The translations under genes were made by a program, and so were the position numbers. From an uncultured delta proteobacterium (GTDB lineage: Bacteria; Myxococcota; Myxococcia; Myxococcales; Anaeromyxobacteraceae), in the NCBI GenBank assembly GCA_963828255.1, contig CAWHDZ010000011.1, positions 128,001 through 192,000 on the forward strand: a stretch of DNA of 64,000 nucleotides, in the 5' to 3' direction. Position 1 is the stretch's first letter, and each line of letters starts with the position of its first letter. The notes beneath the pieces were generated by a model. It had not been told where the DNA came from and did no database searches. It was given only the letters and a program-made list of their open reading frames with translations. Positions 59,420 through 64,000 of the stretch are shown piece by piece.

Positions 59420-59934
59420 GGCCGCGCTTCCCTGGATCCGGCCTCGCCGCTGCGGCAGCGGTCGCAGCGCCCGTAGAGCTCCAGCTTGTGGCTCTCCACG
59501 TCGAAGCCGTGGCTCCGGGCCACGCGCTTCTGCAGCTCCTCGATCTTCTCGTTCTCGAACTCCACGATCCGCCCGCAGCCGGTGCAGATGAGGTGGTCGT
59601 GGTGGGAGCGGCCGGTGGCCGGCTCGTAGCGGGTCTGCCCGTCGTCGAACCGGCGGGGCACGGCGATCCCGCACTCGGCGAGGAGCTTCATGGTCCGGTA
59701 CACGGTGGCCACGCTGACCCGGGCGTCCAGGGACCGCACCCGCGCCACCAGGCCGTCCACCGGGACGTGCCCGCCCATCCCGTAGAAGGTCTCGACGATG
59801 ACGTCGCGCTGCCGGGAGTGCTTGAGCCCGCGCTCCTCCAGCCAGGACCCGAGCCGGGAGAGCGCGGCCTGGGCCTCGACCTTCCCGTCCGACGTCCGTT
59901 CCTCTTCCTGGACCGCCCTGCGTCGCGTGGCCAT
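59416..59934 (-). CDS. fur: Ferric uptake regulator
   Basis: ATVYRT, HHDHLICTGCG and YGRCDRC. Confidence 0.93.
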   Translation of the reverse strand: MATRRRAVQEEERTSDGKVEAQAALSRLGSWLEERGLKHSRQRDVIVETFYGMGGHVPVDGLVARVRSLDARVSVATVYRTMKLLAECGIAVPRRFDDGQTRYEPATGRSHHDHLICTGCGRIVEFENEKIEELQKRVARSHGFDVESHKLELYGRCDRCRSGEAGSREARP

Positions 59935-59937
59935 GTT

Positions 59938-59956
59938 GATAACGATTCTCATTATC
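59938..59956. promoter_or_regulatory. Fur box
   Basis: GATAACGATTCTCATTATC matches GATAATGATAATCATTATC at 16 of 19 positions, 3 nt from the fur ATG. Confidence 0.88.
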
Positions 59957-60001
59957 CCATGGCGAACGGGAAGGCAAGCGAGAACGCGCCCCACCCCGCT
60001 C

Positions 60002-60616
60002 CTAGGGCGGAAAAGCCACGCCGCGCGCGGACCAGTAGGCCCGCCAGCGGTCGGCCGCGTCCGGCCCCTCGCCGCCGACGTCCTCCCGGGCCATCGCCGC
60101 AAGCGAGGCGCGGGCCTGGCGGCGGACCTCGGTGGCCGGGTCGGACAGCAGGGCCACCAGGCGCGGGACGTAGCGGCGGGCGTCCTCGGGACGGCGGTGG
60201 CGGACCAGCTCGGCGGCCATGGCGCGGGCCTCCGGATCGACGGAACGGAGCTGCCGGGTCAGGTCGACGGGGGGGGTGGCCCCCGAGGCCTTCCAGCGCT
60301 CGACGGAGCCCGGGACGAAGAGGAAGAGCACGAGGCCGAGCAGCCCCACCTGCACGAAGGCCTTTCCCGCGTGGTACTTGCCGCTCCGCACCAGCGTGAA
60401 CCGGTACGCCGTGAATCCGATGGCGAAGGCGCCCAGGAGGACCGGGGCGACGAGCAGCTCGGCGCGCCTGCCCAGGCCGGTGCCGGGCGCGTTCTCGGTG
60501 GGGATGAGGAGGGCCGCCGCGGCCGCCGCCAGGAGGAGCAGGTACAGCGCCACCCGGGCGGAGCGTGCCGCAGGGGAGAGCTCCACGTCGCGGGGAATTG
60601 GGGGCATCGGCGCCAT
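60002..60616 (-). CDS. Membrane protein with C-terminal HEAT repeats
   Basis: Three hydrophobic segments, then DPEARAMAAELV and LSDPATEVRRQARASL. Confidence 0.78.
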   Translation of the reverse strand: MAPMPPIPRDVELSPAARSARVALYLLLLAAAAAALLIPTENAPGTGLGRRAELLVAPVLLGAFAIGFTAYRFTLVRSGKYHAGKAFVQVGLLGLVLFLFVPGSVERWKASGATPPVDLTRQLRSVDPEARAMAAELVRHRRPEDARRYVPRLVALLSDPATEVRRQARASLAAMAREDVGGEGPDAADRWRAYWSARGVAFPP

Positions 60617-60729
60617 CTTACCAATCGGGCGGCCGCACTCCACGATTCTCCTGATCGATTCCGGCGGGTGGGGCGCCGCGACGGTCCGCCGACTTGACTG
60701 GGCGGTCGCCGCGTCGCACCTTGCCCGCG

Positions 60730-61833
60730 ATGCCGGAGATCGACAGGGAGATCCTCGACCGCGCCATGCGGTGGTGCGCCGAGTCGGGACGCCCGGTGCA
60801 CGAGGACGTGGTGCGCCACCTGCTGCTGCCGCTGGGGTGGGACGAGTTGCTGGCCGTGAAGGCCATCCTGGCCGACCCGCCGCCCTCGCGCGACCTCTCC
60901 CCCGCAGACCTGCTCGCCCTCTCCCGGGGCGTCGTGCCCGGGCCGGGGTCGGCGGCGAAGCGGGCCCCTCGCAAGGAGGGGCGCGGCGGCGCGCGAGCCC
61001 CCCGCCCGGTGGCCGGCCCGAGGATCCGCAGGGTCCGGGACCGCGTGGAGCCCACCCCTCCCTCCCCCGCCTCGGCGCCCTCCATCGACCTGCTCTACCG
61101 GGAGTCTGGGCGCGCCGTCCTCGACCGGCTGGTGCGGAAGTGCGGCGCCAACCGGACCGCGATCCTCGCCGCCCTCGCGGCCGGCTGGTCGGCCGGGGGC
61201 GGAGCGCCGACCTCCGCGGACCTCGACCGCCTCCTCGACCACCACGGCCTCGCCCGGGGCTTCACGGAGCGCGAGCGGTCGCTGGTGCTCCACGCCTTCC
61301 GCAAGCACGGCGGGGTCGCGATCCGGGTGGCCCGCGACCTCGGGGCCTCGCCCGCCGACCTCCGGAGCACGCTCGTGCGGCTCGAGCTGGCCCGGCCGGT
61401 CGAGGCCATCCGGGAGGCCCGCCGCCGCGTGCTGGAGCGCAAGGCGACCCTGGCCGATCGGGCCCGGCTGATCGACGAGGAGGAGGAGTCCCTCTCCGAC
61501 CTCGGGCTCCTCCCCCGCTTCGAGGAGGACCTCCGGAAGCGGCTGCCCGAGCAGCTCCGGGCCCTCTCCGGCGGCGGCCGGAGGCCCAGCGCCGCCGACC
61601 TGGGGCGCAGCCTCTCCCTCTCCCGCGCCGCGGTGGACCGGCTCGTCCTGCGCTTCTCGTTGCCCCTGCGCCCTTCCCCGCCGGAGCGTCCCGATCGTCG
61701 CGAGGGACGCGAGGGACGTGGCGGGCCGCGTGGCGCTCCACGTGGCGGAGCCCGGAGCGGGCCGGGGGGCAGGCCGGCCGCCACTCCCGGTCGCCGCCCC
61801 CCCTCCGCGCGCGCTCCCCGCCGCGATCGTTAG
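60730..61833 (+). CDS. Hypothetical protein with Fis-like HTH segments
   Basis: VLHAFRKHGGVAIRVARDLGASPADL resembles a Fis-type HTH. GC3-rich frame. Confidence 0.65.
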   Translation: MPEIDREILDRAMRWCAESGRPVHEDVVRHLLLPLGWDELLAVKAILADPPPSRDLSPADLLALSRGVVPGPGSAAKRAPRKEGRGGARAPRPVAGPRIRRVRDRVEPTPPSPASAPSIDLLYRESGRAVLDRLVRKCGANRTAILAALAAGWSAGGGAPTSADLDRLLDHHGLARGFTERERSLVLHAFRKHGGVAIRVARDLGASPADLRSTLVRLELARPVEAIREARRRVLERKATLADRARLIDEEEESLSDLGLLPRFEEDLRKRLPEQLRALSGGGRRPSAADLGRSLSLSRAAVDRLVLRFSLPLRPSPPERPDRREGREGRGGPRGAPRGGARSGPGGRPAATPGRRPPSARAPRRDR

Positions 61834-61880
61834 CACGCATCCCCTTTGAAGACCGGACCTCCGGCTCCTATGATCGACGC

Positions 61881-62258
61881 ATGCCGATCTACGAGTACCT
61901 CTGCGAAGTCTGCGGGATGGTCAACGAGAAGCTGCAGAAGGTGAACGACCCCCCGCCGGCGCGCTGCGACGAGTGCGGCAGCCGGAAGCTCGCCAAGCTG
62001 GTGTCGCGAAGCGCCTTCCAGCTCAAGGGAGGCGGCTGGTACTCGGACCTCTACGCCTCGAAGAAGAAGGAGGCCCCGGCCAAGGAGGGGGCGGAGGGCG
62101 CCGCCGCCGCCAAGCCGGAGACGAAGGCCGACGCCACCGCCGCCGCCAAGGCGGACGGCGCCGCGGCGCCTCCGGCTCCGGCTCCGGCTCCGGCAGCCGC
62201 GCCGAAGCCCGCCGCCGCCGAGGGGCCATCGAAGAAGGGGCGCAAGAAGGCGGGCTGA
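61881..62258 (+). CDS. FmdB-family zinc ribbon protein
   Basis: MPIYEYLCEVCG...CDECG...FQLKGGGWY followed by an Ala/Lys/Pro tail. Confidence 0.9.
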   Translation: MPIYEYLCEVCGMVNEKLQKVNDPPPARCDECGSRKLAKLVSRSAFQLKGGGWYSDLYASKKKEAPAKEGAEGAAAAKPETKADATAAAKADGAAAPPAPAPAPAAAPKPAAAEGPSKKGRKKAG

Positions 62259-62275
62259 AGCCCTCCCCGCGCCGC

Positions 62276-62638
62276 CTACTTGGCCTTGGGCGCCGCCTTG
62301 CCCTTCTCGAAGGTGGCGTTGTCGCCGTAGCGGGCCACGATCTGCTTCTTGGTCTTGAGGCCGGTCTGCTCGATGACGAAGTTCGGGACCCGGCGGGCGT
62401 GCCGGTCGGCCACCCACTTCTCGAGCGCCGGACGCGCGGCGCCGCGCCCCCTGGCCACGCGCCCGCCGCGCCCCTTCCCGACGGCCTTCGCGACCTGCGC
62501 CTTCAATTCCTCGTCGATGCGCGCCGCAAGGATATCGGAGATTGCCCGGGCGATACCGGCAGAGGCCCGATCGACGATGCTCTCGACGGCCTTGAGGATG
62601 ACGTCTTCGGCGCTGGCGCGACCTTTTCCACGGGGCAT
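62276..62638 (-). CDS. Small basic hypothetical protein
   Basis: GAGGAG RBS, helical N-terminus, RG-rich linker and compact C-terminal domain (WVADRHARRVPNFVIEQTG). Confidence 0.75.
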   Translation of the reverse strand: MPRGKGRASAEDVILKAVESIVDRASAGIARAISDILAARIDEELKAQVAKAVGKGRGGRVARGRGAARPALEKWVADRHARRVPNFVIEQTGLKTKKQIVARYGDNATFEKGKAAPKAK

Positions 62639-62755
62639 TCGTGCTCCTCTGGGATTGCTTTCGGATATGGCGATGGGAGTGCTTCGATTGCGCGCTGGAA
62701 TACCTTGAAATGATCCATTGCGCAAACAATCGCCGGATCTGCTAGGTTCCCGGCG

Positions 62756-62839
62756 GGCCCTCTGGCGAAACGGTAGACGCGCTCGACTCAAAATCGAGTG
62801 GGGTCACCCCCCGTCCCGGTTCGATTCCGGGGAGGGCCA
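62756..62839 (+). tRNA. tRNA-Leu(CAA)
   Basis: GGCCCTC...GGTAGACGC...CTCAAAA, long variable arm, TTCGATT...GAGGGCCA. No encoded CCA. Confidence 0.93.
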
Positions 62840-62886
62840 TTTCCCCTTGCGGCGCCGGGCCAGCGCCGTGTATCCATCCGGTCCAT

Positions 62887-63609
62887 ATGTACAACCTCCT
62901 CATCAGCCTGGCCGCCGGCCTCGCCGTGACCCTGGCGATCGCCTTCGGCACCAATGTCGGCTGGGTGGGATCCATCCTCCCGGGGATGCTCGCCCTGGGC
63001 GTGGCCTACTTCGTCCTGGCGCGCCGGAGCTGGAAGCAGCTCGAGGCGCTCATGGGAACGGTGCAGAAGGAGGTGATGGCCCAGAAGTTCGACCGGGCCC
63101 TGCAGACCCTCCAGGGCGGCTTCGCGCTGGCCCCCTGGCAGTTCCTCGTGGCCTCCCAGATCCACTCCCAGCTCGGCGTCCTCCGCTACGTGCGGCAGGA
63201 CTTCGCCGGCGCCCAGCCGCACCTCGAGAAGAGCTTCTCCCGTCACGGCGTGGCGAGGGCGATGCTGGCCGTCACCCACTACCGGAAGAAGGACCTCGAG
63301 AAGATGCGCAAGGTCTTCGACGAGGCCGCCAAGGACAACAAGAAGGAAGGGCTCGTCTTCGCGACCTGGGCATGGATCGAGGAGAAGGAGGGCAAGCACG
63401 ACCAGGCCATCGCCGTGCTGGCCCGCGGGCTCAAGGCCAATCCCGGCGACGAGAAGCTCAAGTCGGCCGCGAAGGCCCTCCAGAACGACAAGCGGCTCAA
63501 GCTGGGCAAGATCTACGGGGAGCAGTGGTTCCAGTTCCACCTGGAGAAGATGCCGCCTCAGATGGTCTCGCCCTCGGGCGGCCGGCGCGTCGTCTACCAG
63601 CGGCGCTGA
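62887..63609 (+). CDS. Membrane-anchored TPR-like protein
   Basis: Two N-terminal TM helices followed by TPR-like helices (AIAVLARGLKANPGD). Confidence 0.8.
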   Translation: MYNLLISLAAGLAVTLAIAFGTNVGWVGSILPGMLALGVAYFVLARRSWKQLEALMGTVQKEVMAQKFDRALQTLQGGFALAPWQFLVASQIHSQLGVLRYVRQDFAGAQPHLEKSFSRHGVARAMLAVTHYRKKDLEKMRKVFDEAAKDNKKEGLVFATWAWIEEKEGKHDQAIAVLARGLKANPGDEKLKSAAKALQNDKRLKLGKIYGEQWFQFHLEKMPPQMVSPSGGRRVVYQRR

Positions 63610-63768
63610 TGCACCATCATTCTCCGCCGGTCCGCCTTTACACTGCGGCGGCGCGCCTGTAGCCTTTTTCCGGACACAGACGCGGAGACGCAAACGAGCA
63701 CGGAGCGTGGCACGGGCGGGGGGCCGGGGAGCGGATCGGGCGACCCCGATCGCGCGTCGCGCCCCGAC

Positions 63769-64000
63769 GTGGGCTCGCAGACCGATCGCCTCTGCGCCGA
63801 GATCCGCGACCGGGCCCGCTACCTCGCCGAGCGGGCCCGCGGCCTCTCGGCCCCCGACACCGGCGCCGGCGCCGGACGCCACGCCCGCGCGCGCCTCCTC
63901 GAGGTTGACGCCGAGACGCTCGCCGATCTGGCCGAGGACCTGCTCCGCGTGGCCGCCGGCCTGGCGGCCTCGGCCTTCGTGCCTGCGCCCCGCGACATCG
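63769..64000 (+). CDS. Partial hypothetical protein (runs off window end)
   Basis: Open GC3-rich frame (V)GSQTDRLCAEIRDRARYLAER...LAEDLLRVAAG. Start uncertain. Confidence 0.4.
   Translation, partial: MGSQTDRLCAEIRDRARYLAERARGLSAPDTGAGAGRHARARLLEVDAETLADLAEDLLRVAAGLAASAFVPAPRDI

Noticed and set aside
62170..62195. Tandem CCGGCT repeats
   Set aside because: They simply encode the Pro-Ala linker of the FmdB-family protein.

Overview
This very GC-rich window is mostly core chromosome from a Myxococcota bacterium. Gene content and order suggest an Anaeromyxobacter-like organism (inference). In order it holds: partial sucC and mdh; a small eroded accessory patch (tRNA-Asp 3' remnant, alpha/beta hydrolase, nucleotidyltransferase relic); the lepA-pyrR-pyrB-pyrC-carA operon; NrdR-boxed class II ribonucleotide reductase; a TA module bounded by inverted repeats; imuA-imuB-dnaE2 with a LexA-like box; thioredoxin, DUF721, CAP, Slt, rnd and plsC; an orphan FliH/FliI/FliJ-like trio behind a SigF-like sigma factor; the tRNA-rpmG-secE-nusG-rplKAJL-rpoBC cluster without tuf; rlmB, rimK, dnaK, a DAGK-family gene and phoH2; ftsB plus a DmxA-like diguanylate cyclase; a fur-feoB-Cys-rich-DtxR/FeoA iron operon; and tRNA-Leu. 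The most notable unexplained structure is a five-copy REP-like hairpin (GCGCCGGC-TTCA-GCCGGCGC-AAGAGC). Four copies sit directly after stop codons, one copy shows compensatory base changes, and pairs of copies bracket small accessory genes in both inverted and direct orientation. The ATPase trio with no export apparatus nearby is the second candidate. Two single-G frameshifts (pyrR, rlmB) are probably sequencing errors. Most long ORFs in the supplied track are GC shadow frames. All calls come from motif recognition by eye, with no database searches.
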